Notes: generated by a model from the sequence alone, not told the origin. 64,000 nucleotides of DNA from Phyllobates terribilis (GCF_046119375.1 NW_027362761.1:1230762001-1230826000); one strand, 5' to 3'. Positions 1 to 11,305 are shown, numbered from the stretch's first letter. Numbers and translations are program-made.

Positions 1-2346
1 TGTGTACATTACCCTCACTTCACCTCAGTGCTGTAGACCCACCCCTGTGTACTTTATCCTGACCTCATTCAGTGCTGCAGACCCACCCCTGTGTACTTTA
101 TCCTGACTCCGCCTCAGTGCTGTAGACCCACCCCTGTGTACTTTATCCTGACTCCGCCTCAGTGCTGTAGACCCACCCCTGTGTACTTTATCCTGACCTC
201 ATTCAGTGCTGCAGACCCACCCCTGTGTACTTTATCCTGACTCCGCCTCAGTGCTGCTGACCCACCCCTGTGTACATTACCCTAACTCCGCCTCAGTGCT
301 GCTGACCCACCCCTGTGTACATTACCCTGACTCCGCCTCAGTGCTGCTGACCCACCCCTGTGTACATTACCCTGACTCCGCCTCAGTGCTGCTGACCCAC
401 CCCTGTGTACATTACCCTGACTCCGCCTCAGTGCTGCTGACCCACCCCTGTGTACATTACCCTGACTCCGCCTCAGTGCTGCTGACCCACCCCTGTGTAC
501 ATTACACTGACTCTGCCTCAGTGCTGTAGACCCACCCCTGTGTACATTATCCTGACTTCGCCTCAGTGCTGTAGACCCACCCCTGTGTACATTACCCTCA
601 CTTCACCTCAGTGTTGTAGACCCACCCGTGTACTTCACCCCGACTTCGCCTCAGTGCTGCAGACCCACCCCTGTGTACATTACCCTCACTTAACCTCAGT
701 GCTGTAGACCCACCCCTGTGTACTTCACCCTGACTTCGCCTCAGTGCTGCAGACCCACCCCTGTGTACATTACCCTGACTGAGCCTCAGTGCTGTAGACC
801 CACCCCTGTGTACTTCACCCCGACTTCGCCTCAGTGCTGTAGACCCACCCCTTTGTACTTCACCCCGACTTTGCCTCAGTGCTGTAGACCCACCCCTGTG
901 TACATTACCCTGACTCCGCCTCAGTGCTGTAGACCCACCCCTGTGTACATTACCCTCACTTCACCTCAGTGCTGTAGACCCACCCCTGTGTACATTACCC
1001 TCACTTCGCCTCAGTGCTGCTGACCCACCCCTGTGTACATTACCCTGACTCCGCCTCAGTGCTGCAGACCCACTCCTGTGTTCTTTATCCTGACTCCGCC
1101 TCAGTGCTGCTGACCCACCCCTGTGTACATTACCCTGACTCCGCCTCAGTGCTGCTGACCCACCCCTGTGTACATTACCCTGACTCCGCCTCAGTGCTGC
1201 AGACCCACCCCTGTGTACATTACCCTGACTCCGCCTCAGTGCTGCAGACCCACCCCTGTGTACATTACCCTGACTCCGCCTCAGTGCTGCTGACCCACCC
1301 CTGTGTTCTTTATCCTGACTCCGCCTCAGTGCTGCTGACCCACCCCTGTGTACATTACCCTGACTCCGCCTCAGTGCTGCAGACCCACTCGTGTTCTTTA
1401 TCCTGACTCCGCCTCAGTGCTGCTGACCCACCCCTGTGTACATTACCCTGACTCCGCCTCAGTGCTGCAGACCCACTCCTGTGTTCTTTATCCTGACTCC
1501 GCCTCAGTGCTGCTGGCCCACCCCTGTGTACTTTATCCTGACTCCGCCTCAGTGCTGCTGACCCACCCCTGTGTACATTACCCTGACTCCGCCTCAGTGC
1601 TGTAGACCCACCCCTGTGTACATTACACTGACTCTGCCTCAGTGCTGCACTCACCCCTGTGTACTTTATCCTGACTCCGCCTCAGCGCTGCAGACCCACC
1701 CCTGTGTACATTACCCTGACTCCGCCTCAGTGCTGCAGACCCACCCCTGTGTACATTACCCTGACTCCGCCTCAGTGCTGTAGACCCACCCCTGTGTACA
1801 TTACCCTCACTCCGCCTCAGTGCTGTAGACCCACCCCTGTGTACATTACCCTCACTCCGCATCAGTGCTGTAGACCCACCCCTGTGTACATTACACTGAC
1901 TCCGCCTCAGTGCTGTAGACCCACCCCTGTGTACATTACACTGACTCCGCCTCAGTGCTGCACTCACCCCTGTGTACTTTATCCTGACTCCGCCTCAGCG
2001 CTGCAGACCCACCCCTGTGTACATTACCCTGACTCCGCCTCAGTGCTGCAGACCCACCCCTGTGTACATTACCCTCACTCCGCATCAGTGCTGTAGACCT
2101 ACCCCTGTGTACATTACCCTGACTCCGCCTCAGTGCTGAAGACCCACCCCTGTGTACATTACCCTCACTCCGCCTCAGTGCTGTAGACCTACCCCTGTGT
2201 ACATTACACTGACTCCGCCTCAGTGCTGCACTCACCCCTGTGTACTTTATCCTGACTCCGCCTCAGAGCTGCAGACCCACCCCTGTGTACATTACCCTGA
2301 CTCCGCCTCAGTGCTGCAGACCCACCCCTGTGTACATTACCCTGAC
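1..2346. repeat. 45-bp minisatellite (~52 units, runs off the window start) filling the HTRA2 intron after the 106-bp exon
   Basis: Unit ctgactccgcctcagtgctg(c/t)agacccacccctgtgtacattacc; the 15-aa periodicity of the spurious ORFs ([15 protein letters not shown]) confirms 45 bp. Confidence 0.97.
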
Positions 2347-2452
2347 TCCGCCTCTCCTCCTGCTGAAGAAAACTTCTCACTCTGTCTGACGGAATTGCGA
2401 AAGAAATGCCAGCTGTCACTTTAAGAGTATTAATACCGATGACTTCACCGTC
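2347..2452 (-). CDS. HTRA2: HTRA2 exon (equivalent to mammalian exon 5): [35 protein letters not shown]
   Basis: Near-identical to recalled HtrA2 [29 protein letters not shown]. Acceptor tttgcAG at 2453-2454; donor GT at 2346-2345 gives 106 bp. An in-frame alternative donor GTAATG lies 6 nt further (exon end 2341). Confidence 0.93.
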
Positions 2453-2464
2453 CTGCAAACAGTA

Positions 2465-5278
2465 CAGAGTGTAATATACAGGGTGTAATATGCCGCTCAG
2501 TGTGTAATATACAGAGTGTAATATGCCGCTCAGTGTGTAATATACAGGGTGTAATATGCCGCTCAGTGTGTAATATACAGGGTGTAATATGCCGCTCAGT
2601 GTGTAATATACAGAGTGTAATATGCCGCTCAGTGTGTAATATACAGGGTGTAATATGCCGCTCAGTGTGTAATATACAGGGTGTAATATGCCGCTCAGTG
2701 TGTAATATACAGGGTGTAATATGCCGCTCAGTGTGTAATATACAGGGTGTAATATGCCGCTCAGTGTGTAATATAGAGTGTAATATGCCGCTCAGTGTGT
2801 AATATACAGGGTGTAATATGCCGCTCAGTGTGTAATATACAGGGTGTAATATGCCGCTCAGTGTGTAATATACAGAGTGTAATATGCCGTTCAGTGTGTA
2901 ATATACAGGGTGTAATATGCCGCTCAGTGTGTAATATACAGGGTGTAATATGCAGCTCAGTGTGTATTATACAGGGTGTAATATGCCGCTCAGTGTGTAA
3001 TATACAGGGTGTAATATGCCGCTCGGGGTGTAACGCCCCGCTCCAGGTGTAATATACAGAGTGTAATATGCCGCTCCGGGTGTAACGCCCCGCTCTGGGT
3101 GTAATATACAGAGTGTAATATGCTGCTTGGGGTGTAATATGCCGCTCGGGGTGTAATAGACAGGGTGTAATATGCCGCTCGGGGTGTAAAGCCCCGCTCC
3201 GGGTGTAATATACAGAGTGTAACGTGCCCCTCCGGGTGTAATAGACAGTGTAATATGCCGCTCCGGGTGTAATATGCAGGGTGTAACGCCCCGCTCCGGA
3301 TGTAATATACAGGGTGTAACGCTCCGCTCCGGGTGTAATATACAGGGTGTAACGCCCCGCTCCGGGTGTAATATACAGGTGTAACGCCCCGCTCCGGGTG
3401 TAATATACAGGGTGTAACGCCCCGCTCCAGGTGTAATATACAGGGTGTAACGCCCCGCTCCAGGTGTAATATACAGGGTGTAACGCCCCGCTCCAGGTGT
3501 AATATACAGGGTGTAATATGACGCACCGGGTGTAATATACAGAGTGTAAAATGACGCACCGGGTGTAATATACAGAGTGTAAAATGACGCTCCGGGTGTA
3601 ATATACAGAGTGTAACGTGCCCCTCCGGGTGTAATAGACAGTGTAATATGCCGCTCCGGGTGTAATATGCAGGGTGTGACACCCCGCTCCGGGTGTAATA
3701 TACAGGGTGTAACGCCCCGCTCCGGGTGTAATATACAGGGTGTAACGCCCCGCTCCGGGTGTAATATACAGGGTGTAACGCCCCGCTCCGGGTGTAATAT
3801 ACAGGGTGTAACGCCCCGCTCCGGGTGTAATATACAGGGTGTAACGCCCCGCTCCGGGTGTAATATACAGGGTGTAACGCCCCGCTCCGGGTGTAATATA
3901 CAGGGTGTAACGCCCCGCTCCGGGTGTAATATACAGGGTGTAACGCCCCGCTCCGGGTGTAATATACAGGGTGTAACGCCCCGCTCCGGGTGTAATATAC
4001 AGGGTGTAACGCCCCGCTCCGGGTGTAATATACAGGTGTAACGCCCCGCTCCGGGTGTAATATACAGGGTGTAACGCCCCGCTCCGGGTGTAATATACAG
4101 GGTGTAACGCTCCGCTCCGGGTGTAATATACAGGGTGTAACGCCCCGCTCCGGGTGTAATATACAGGGTGTAACGCCCCGCTCCGGGTGTAATATACAGG
4201 GTGTAACGCCCCGCTCCGGGTGTAATATACAGGTGTAACGCCCCGCTCCGGGTGTAATATACAGGGTGTAACGCCCCGCTCCGGGTGTAATATACAGGGT
4301 GTAACGCCCCGCTCCGGGTGTAATATACAGGGTGTGACGCTCCACTCCGGGTGTAATATACAGGGTGTGACGCCCCGCTCCGGGTGTAATATACAGGGTG
4401 TGACGCCCCGCTCCGGGTGTAATATACAGGGTGTGACGCCCCGCTCCGGGTGTAATATACAGGGTGTGACGCCGCGCTCCGGGTGTAATATACAGGTGTG
4501 ACGCCCCGCTCCGGGTGTAATATACAGGGTGTAACGCCCCGCTCCGGGTGTAATATACAGGGTGTAACGCCCCGCTCCGGGTGTAATATACAGGGTGTAA
4601 CGCCCCGCTCCGGGTGTAATATACAGGGTGTAACGCCCCGCTCCGGGTGTAATATACAGGGTGTAACGCCCCGCTCCGGGTGTAATATACAGGGTGTAAC
4701 GCCCCGCTCCGGGTGTAATATACAGGTGTAACGCCCCGCTCCGGGTGTAATATACAGGGTGTAACGCCCCGCTCCGGGTGTAATATACAGGGTGTAACGC
4801 CCCGCTCCGGGTGTAATATACAGGGTGTAACGCCCCGCTCCGGGTGTAATATACAGGGTGTAACGCTCCGCTCCGGGTGTAATATACAGGGTGTAACGCC
4901 CCGCTCCGGGTGTAATATACAGGGTGTAACGCCCCGCTCCGGGTGTAATATACAGGGTGTAACGCCCCGCTCCGGGTGTAATATACAGGGTGTGACGCCC
5001 CGCTCCGGGTGTAATATACAGGGTGTAACGCCCCGCTCCGGGTGTAATATACAGGGTGTAACGCCCCGCTCCGGGTGTAATATACAGGGTGTAACGCTCC
5101 ACTCCGGGTGTAATATACAGGGTGTAACGCCCCGCTCCGGGTGTAATATACAGGGTGTGACGCCCCGCTCCGGGTGTAATATACAGGGTGTGACGCCGCG
5201 CTCCGGGTGTAATATACAGGGTGTGACGCCCCGCTCCGGGTGTATATACAGGGTGTGACGCCCCGCTCCGGGTGTGAT
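2465..5278. repeat. 33-bp minisatellite (~85 units) occupying nearly all of the 2.84-kb HTRA2 intron 2453-5296
   Basis: Left variant gtgtaatatacagggtgtaatatgccgctcagt (to ~3010); right variant gtgtaatatacagggtgtaacgccccgctccgg; 11-aa ORF periodicity. Confidence 0.97.
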
Positions 5279-5296
5279 AGCGCAGATTATTCTCAC

Positions 5297-5329
5297 CAGA
5301 TTGACCAGGGGGCCTCCGGAGTTTCCGAC
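5297..5329 (-). CDS. HTRA2: HTRA2 33-bp exon VGNSGGPLVNL carrying the catalytic serine
   Basis: HtrA GNSGGPLVN motif; AG acceptor at 5331-5330 and GTGAGA donor at 5296-5291; phase 0/0 joins both neighbouring exons in frame. Confidence 0.95.
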
Positions 5330-5446
5330 CTGTGAGTGAAGGAGACGCGGCGTCAGGAGGACGATCAGTGCAGATAACAGGGTGAACCGCTCCCCTGCTG
5401 CTGACATCAGCGGCTGCGATTAGCGGCGCCCCCTGGTGTCACTCAC

Positions 5447-5641
5447 ATCTATGATTGCATCCGTCTGGATGAAGTCCATGTCCTTGTTGGAGAGTCCGAG
5501 CTCCCGACCTCCGCGCTGCACAGAGCTGACAATCCCGGAGGTGATGGTGTTCCGCAGCAGATACGGCGTACCCATGGCAACAACAAACTCCCCCTGTCTG
5601 ACCTCCGAGGAGCAAGCGAGAGGCAGAGGGTGCAGCGGGCC
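5447..5641 (-). CDS. HTRA2: HTRA2 195-bp exon [65 protein letters not shown]
   Basis: Matches recalled HtrA2 [27 protein letters not shown]...IQTDAAID. AG at 5643-5642, GTGAGT donor at 5446-5441. Adjacency to AUP1 supports HTRA2 over HTRA1/3/4. Confidence 0.95.
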
Positions 5642-5685
5642 CTGCGGAGGCGACACGAGCAACAACCAATCAGCGGGGGGGGGGC

Positions 5686-6312
5686 GCGAGACAGCGCGCA
5701 GGAAAGGAAAGGGAGGGGGGTCGCCGTGAGACAGCGCGCAGGAAAGGGGGGGGGGGTCACCGTGAGACAGCGCGCAGGAAAGGGGGGGGGTCGCCGTGAG
5801 ACAGCGCGCAGGAAAGGGGGGGGTCGCCGTGAGACAGCGCGCAGGAAAGGGGGGGGGGGTCGCCGTGAGACAGCGCGCAGGAAAGGGGGGGGGGGTCGCC
5901 GCGAGACAGCGCGCAAGCAGGGGGGGGGAGGGGCGCGAGACAGCGCGCAGGAAAGGGGGGGGGTCGCCGCGAGACAGCGCGCAAGCAGGGGGGGGAGGGG
6001 CGCGAGACAGCGCGCAGGAAAGGGGGGGGGGTCGCCGCGAGACAGCGCGCAGGAAAGGGGGGGGGGGGTCGCCGCGAGACAGCGCGCAGGAAAGGGGGGG
6101 GGGGGGTCGCCGTGAGACAGCGCGCAGGAAAGGGGGGGGAGGTCGCCGCGAGACAGCGCGCAGGAAAGGGGGGGTTGCCACGAGACAGCGTGCAGGAAAG
6201 GGGGGGGGGTCGTCGCGAGACAGCGCGCAGGAAAGGGAGGGGTGGTCGCCGCGAGACAGCGCGCAGGAAAGGGAGGGGGGTCGCCGCGAGACAGCGCGCA
6301 GGAAAGGGAGGC
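5686..6312. repeat. CpG-rich ~33-37-bp minisatellite with variable poly-G tract
   Basis: Unit gagacagcgcgcaggaaa(g)7-12tcgccg(c/t), ~18 copies, starting ~45 bp from the HTRA2 acceptor. Confidence 0.95.
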
Positions 6313-6325
6313 GGGGGAACACACA

Positions 6326-6610
6326 CTAGTCTCTCATTATTGGGGGGGACGCAGCCACACCAGTCTCTCATTATTGGGGGGGGCGCAGCCACTCCAGTCT
6401 CTCATTTTTGGGGGGGGGGAGCAGCCACTCCAGTCTCTCAATTTTTTTTGGGGGGGGGGGGCGCAGCCACATCAGTCTCTCATTATTGGGGGGGGGGGCG
6501 CAGCCACATCAGTCTCTCATTATTGGGGGGGGGGGCGCAGCACACCAGTCTCTCATTATTGGGGGGCGGCGCAGCCACACCAGTCTCTCACTATTGGGGG
6601 GGGGCGCAGC
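6326..6610. repeat. ~35-bp minisatellite with poly-G tract, truncated by the gap
   Basis: Unit cagtctctcattatt(g)ncgcagccacac, ~8 copies. Confidence 0.93.
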
Positions 6611-6710
6611 NNNNNNNNNNNNNNNNNNNNNNNNNNNNNNNNNNNNNNNNNNNNNNNNNNNNNNNNNNNNNNNNNNNNNNNNNNNNNNNNNNNNNNNNNN
6701 NNNNNNNNNN
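6611..6710. other. Assembly gap (100 N)
   Basis: Run of N flanked by different tandem arrays. Confidence 1.
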
Positions 6711-9700
6711 TGTCCCGCTCTCCACCCTCTGTCCTCTCTGCCCTTGCCCTCTCCTTGTCCCTCTCCCCACCCTCTGTCCTCTCTGCCCACCCTCTGTCCT
6801 CTCTGCCCTTGCCTTCACTTTGCCCTCTCCTTGTCCCTCTCCCCACCCTCTGTCCTCTCTGCCCTTGCCATCTCTTTGCCCTCTTCTTGTCCCGCTCCCG
6901 ACCCTCTGTCCTCTCTGCCCTTGCCTTCTCTTTGCCCTTTCCTTGTCCCTCTCCCAACCCTCTGTCCTCTCTGCCCTTGCCTTCTCTTTGCCTTCTCCTT
7001 GTCCCTCTGTCCTCTCTGCCCTTGCCTTTTCTTTGACCTCTCCTTGTCCCGCTCCCCACCCTCTGTCCTCTCTGCCCTTGCCTTCTCTTTGCCCCCTCCT
7101 TGTCCCGCTCCCCACCCTCTGTCCTCTCTGCCCTTGCCCTCTCCTTGTCCCGCTCCCCACCCTCTGTCCTCTCTGCCCTTGCCTTCTCTTTGCCCTCTCC
7201 TTGTCCCGCTCCCCACCCTCTGTCCTCTCTGCCCTTGCCTTCTCTTTGCCCTCTCCTTGTCCCACTCCCCACCCTCTGTCCTCTCTGCTCTTGCCTTCTC
7301 TTTGCTCTCTCCTTGTCCCGCTCCCCACCCTCTGTCCTCTCTGCCCTTGCCTTCTCTTTTCCCTCTCCTTGTCCCGCTCCCCACCCTCTGTCCTCTCTGC
7401 CCTTGCCTTCTCTTTGCCCTCTCCTTGTCCCGCTCCCCACCCTCTGTCCTCTCTGCCCTTGCCTTCTCTTTGCCCTCTCCTTGTCCCGCTCCCCACCCTC
7501 TGTCCTCTCTGCCCTTGCCTTCTCTTTGCTCTCTCCTTGTCCCGCTCCCCACCCTCTGTCCTCTCTGCCCTTGCCTTCTCTTTGCCCTCTCCTTGTCCCG
7601 CTCCCCACCCTCTGTCCTCTCTGCCCTTGCCTTCTCTTTGCCCTCTCCTTGTCCCGCTCCCCACCCTCTGTCCTCTCTGCCCTTGCCTTCTCCTCACCTT
7701 CTTGTTCCTCTCCCCACCCTCTGTCCTCTCTGCCCTTGCCTTCTCTTTGCCTTTCTCCTTGTCCCTCTCCCCACCCTCTGTCCTCTCTGCCCTTGCCTTC
7801 TCTTTGCCCTCTCCTTGTCCCGCTCCCCACCTTCTGTCCTCTCTTCCCTTGCCTACTCTTTGCCCTCTCCTTGTCCCGCTCCCCACCCTCTGTCCTCTCT
7901 GCCCTTGCCTTCTCTTTGCCCTCTCCCTGTCTCGCTCCCCACCCTCTGTCCTCTCTGCCCTTGCCTTCTTTGCCCTCCCCTTGTCCCGCTCCCCACCCTC
8001 TGTCCTCTCTGCCCTTGCCTTCTCTTTGCCCTCTCCTTGTCTCGCTCCCCACCCTCTGTCCTCTCTGTCCTTGCCTTCTCTTTGCCCTCTCCTTGTCCCT
8101 CTCTCCACCCTCTGTCCTCTCTGCCCTTGCCCTCTCCTTGTCCCTCTCTCCACCCTCTGTCCTCTCTGCCCTTGCCCTCTTCTTGTCCTGCTCCCCACCC
8201 TCTGTCCTCTCTGTCCTTGCCTTCTCCTTGCCCTCTCCTTGTCCCTCTCCCTACCCTCTGTCCTCTCTGCCCTTGCCCTCTCCTTGTCCCGCTCCCCACC
8301 CTCGGTCCTCTCTGCCCTTGCCTTCTTTGCCCTCTCCTTGTCCTGCTCCCCAACCTCTGTCCTCTCTGCCCTTGCCTTCTCCTTGTCCCTCTCCCCACCC
8401 TCTGTCCTCTCTGCCCTTGCCTTCTTTGCCCTCTTCTTGTCACTCTCCCCACCCTCTGTCCTCTCTGCCCTTGCCTTCTCTTTGCCCTCTCCTTGTCCTG
8501 CTCCCCACCCTCTGTCCTCTCTGCCCTTGCCTTCTCTTTGCCCTCTCCTTGTCCCGCTCCCCACCCTCTGTCCTCTCTGCCCTTGCCTTCTCCTTGTCCC
8601 TCTCCCCACCCTCTGTCCTCTCTGCCCTTGCCTTCTCCTTGCCTCGCTCCCCACCCTCTGTCCTCTCTGCCCTTGCCCTCTTCTTGTCCCGCTCCCCACC
8701 CTCTGTCCTCTCTGCCCTTGCCCTCTTCTTGTCCCGCTCCCCACCCTCTGTCCTCTCTGCCCTTGCCCTCTTCTTGTCCCGCTCCCCACCCTCTGTCCTC
8801 TCTGCCCTTGCCCTCTTCTTGTCCCGCTCCCCACCCTCTGTCCTCTCTGCCCTTGCCTTCTCCTTGCCCTCTCCTTGTCCCTCTCCCCACCCTCTGTCCT
8901 CTCTGCCCTTGTCTTCTCCTTGCCCCGCTCCCCACCCTCTTTCCTCTCTGCCTTTGCCTTCTCCTTGCCCTCTCCTTGTCCCGCTCCCCACCCTCTGTCC
9001 TCTCTGCCCTTGCCATCTTCTTGTCCCGCTCCCCACCCTCTGTCTCTCTGCCCTTGCCATCTTCTTGTCCCGCTCCCCACCCTCTGTCCTCTCTGCCCTT
9101 GCCCTCTTCTTGTCCCTCTCCCCACCCTCTGTTCTCTCTGCCCTTGCCCTCTCCTTGTCCCGCTCCCCACCCTCTGTCCTCTCTGCCCTTGCCCTCTTCT
9201 TGTCACGCTCCCCACCCTCTGTCCTCTCTGCCCTTGCCCTCTTCTTGTCCCGCTCCCCACCCTCTGTCCTCTCTGCCCTTGCCTTCTCCTTGCCCTCTCC
9301 TTGTCCCTCTCTCCACCCTCTGTCCTCTCTGCCCTTGCCTTCTCTTTGCCCTCTCCTTGTCCCGCTCCCCACCCTCTGTCCTCTCTGCCCTTGCCTTCTC
9401 CTTGCCCTCTCCTTTTCCCTCTCCCCACCCTCTGTCCTCTCTGCCCTTGCCTTCTCCTTATCCCTCTCCCAACCCTCTGTCCTCTCTGCCCTTGCCTTCT
9501 CTTTGCCCTCTCCTTGTCCCGCTCCCCACCCTCTGTCCTCTCTGCCCTTGCCTTCTCTTTGCGCTCTCCTTGTCCCACTCCCCACCCTCTGTCCTCTCTG
9601 CCCTTGCCTTCTTCTTGCCCTCTCCTTGTCCCTCTCCCCACCCTCTGTCCTCTCTGCCCTTGCCTTCTCCTTGCCCTCTCCATGTCCCTCTCCCCACCCT

Positions 9701-10430
9701 CTGTCCTCTCTGCCCTTGCCCTCTCCTTGTCCCGCTCTCCACCCTCTGTCTTCTCTGCCCTTGCCTTCTCCTTGTCCCTCTCCCCACCCTCTGTCCTCTC
9801 TGCCCTTGCCCTCTCCTTGTCCCGCTCTCCACCCTCTGTCCTCTCTGCCTTTGCCCTCTCCTTGTCCCGCTCTCCACCCTCTGTCCTCTCTGCCCTTGCC
9901 TTCTCCTTGTCCCTCTCCCCACCCTCTGTCCTCTCTGCCCTTGCCCTCTCCTTGTCCTGCTTTCCACCCTCTGTCCTCTCTGCCCTTGCCTTCTCCTTGT
10001 CCCTCTCCCAACCCTCTGTCCTCTCTGCCCTTGCCTTCTCTCTGCCCTCTCCTTGTCCCTCTCCCAACCCTCTGTCCTCTCTGCCCTTACCTTCTCTTTG
10101 CTTTCTCCTTGTCCCTCTCCCCACCCTCTGTCCTCTCTGCCCTTGCCTTCTCTTTACCCTCTCCTTGTCCCTCTCCCCCCACCCTCTGTCCTCTCTGCCC
10201 TTGCCTTCTCTTTGCCCTCTCCTTGTCCCGCTCCCCACCCTCTGTCCTCTCTGCCCTTGCATGCTCCTTGCCCTCTCCTTGTCCCTCTGTCCTCTCTGCC
10301 CCTGCCTTCTCTTTGCCCTCTCCTTGTCCCGCTCCCCACCCTCTGTCCTCTCTGCCCTTGCCTTCTCTTTGAGCTCTCCTTGTCCCGTTCCCCACCCTCT
10401 GTCCTCTCTGCCCTTGCATTCTCTTTGCCC
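6711..10430. repeat. Pyrimidine-rich 45/56-bp minisatellite (~70 units) in an AUP1 intron
   Basis: Unit ctctgtcctctctgcccttgcc(ttctctttgcc)ctctccttgtcccgctccccacc; decays into a CT-rich tract that runs to the acceptor at 10626. Confidence 0.97.
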
Positions 10431-10626
10431 CCTTCTCGCCCTTTTCTTTGCCCCCTCCTTAACCTCATCCCTCTCCTCGTCTTTCTACCCAACCCCCTGT
10501 CCTTTTTACCCTCTCCCCACCCTGTCTTCTTTTTATCCTTGTGTCCCTCTTTACTCTCGCCTCACCTTCTCCCCACCCTCCCGTCTCTCCTTCCCCCCCG
10601 GTCAGTGACCTCTCCCTTTCTTGCAG

Positions 10627-10700
10627 GCGGTGGCCGGCTCGCCCTGGTACGTGGAGCTGTTCTGGACTCTCTTCTCCCCGTACTCTGTCTATCGTATTAG
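10627..10700 (+). CDS. AUP1: AUP1 74-bp exon AVAGSPWYVELFWTLFSPYSVYRIR
   Basis: Aligns to recalled AUP1 ...ASWVSELLWSLFVPFTVYQVR; ttgcAG acceptor, GTAGGG donor. Confidence 0.88.
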
Positions 10701-10923
10701 GTAGGGGGCGCTCTTTCTATGTTGCGGGTGTGCGGGGCTGATCTGCAGCTTGATGATCTTCGCCCACTTTTCAGGGCGTATCGTTCTAGTGATCCATATG
10801 GGGGATGTTCACTGTAGGGTCTTGATCTCTGGTTGCTCCTCCCACATGTGGGTGATGGGGGCGAGGCCTTGCAGGGAGGCTACATGCAGGAGTCACAAGT
10901 CCCATCCCCCGCTCTGATTACAG

Positions 10924-10990
10924 ATGGCTGCCGCCGGTCTGCCGCTCGCCCAGAGAGTCTGATGATGACTTTGCTTCCCGCGTACAGAAG
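10924..10990 (+). CDS. AUP1: AUP1 67-bp exon WLPPVCRSPRESDDDFASRVQK
   Basis: Aligns to recalled WLRPVHRQLGEANEEFALRVQQ; ttacAG acceptor, GTAGGG donor; phase 2 to phase 0, consistent with its neighbours. Confidence 0.9.
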
Positions 10991-11065
10991 GTAGGGGAGG
11001 GGGAGGGGCTGTGACAATGGCGCCTGCTGTCTCCGCCCCCCCCATCACCAGCCTTCTCCTCACAG

Positions 11066-11258
11066 CTCCTGGCGCTGACACTGGGGGTCCGGGGCACAAA
11101 ACACACAGCTGCTGATAGCACAGAACACGTGAAAAGGAGGAAGAGGAGAGAAACCCCCCAGAGCGCGCCCACCGCGCCTCCAGCCACAAGTCACATGGCA
11201 CAGCGTGTGAAGGAAGTGTTACCCCAAGTGCCGCTCTCCGTCATCCAGCAGGACCTGG
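11066..11258 (+). CDS. AUP1: AUP1 193-bp exon LLALTLGVRGTKHTAADSTEHVKRR...HMAQRVKEVLPQVPLSVIQQDL (start of CUE domain)
   Basis: AQRVKEVLPQVPLSVIQQDL matches the AUP1 CUE LAQRVKEVLPHVPLGVIQRDL; cacAG acceptor, GTAAGG donor at 11259. Confidence 0.93.
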
Positions 11259-11305
11259 GTAAGGGTCCCGGGATAAGTAATGTGGGGGATGGGGTGTCCG
11301 CAGGT

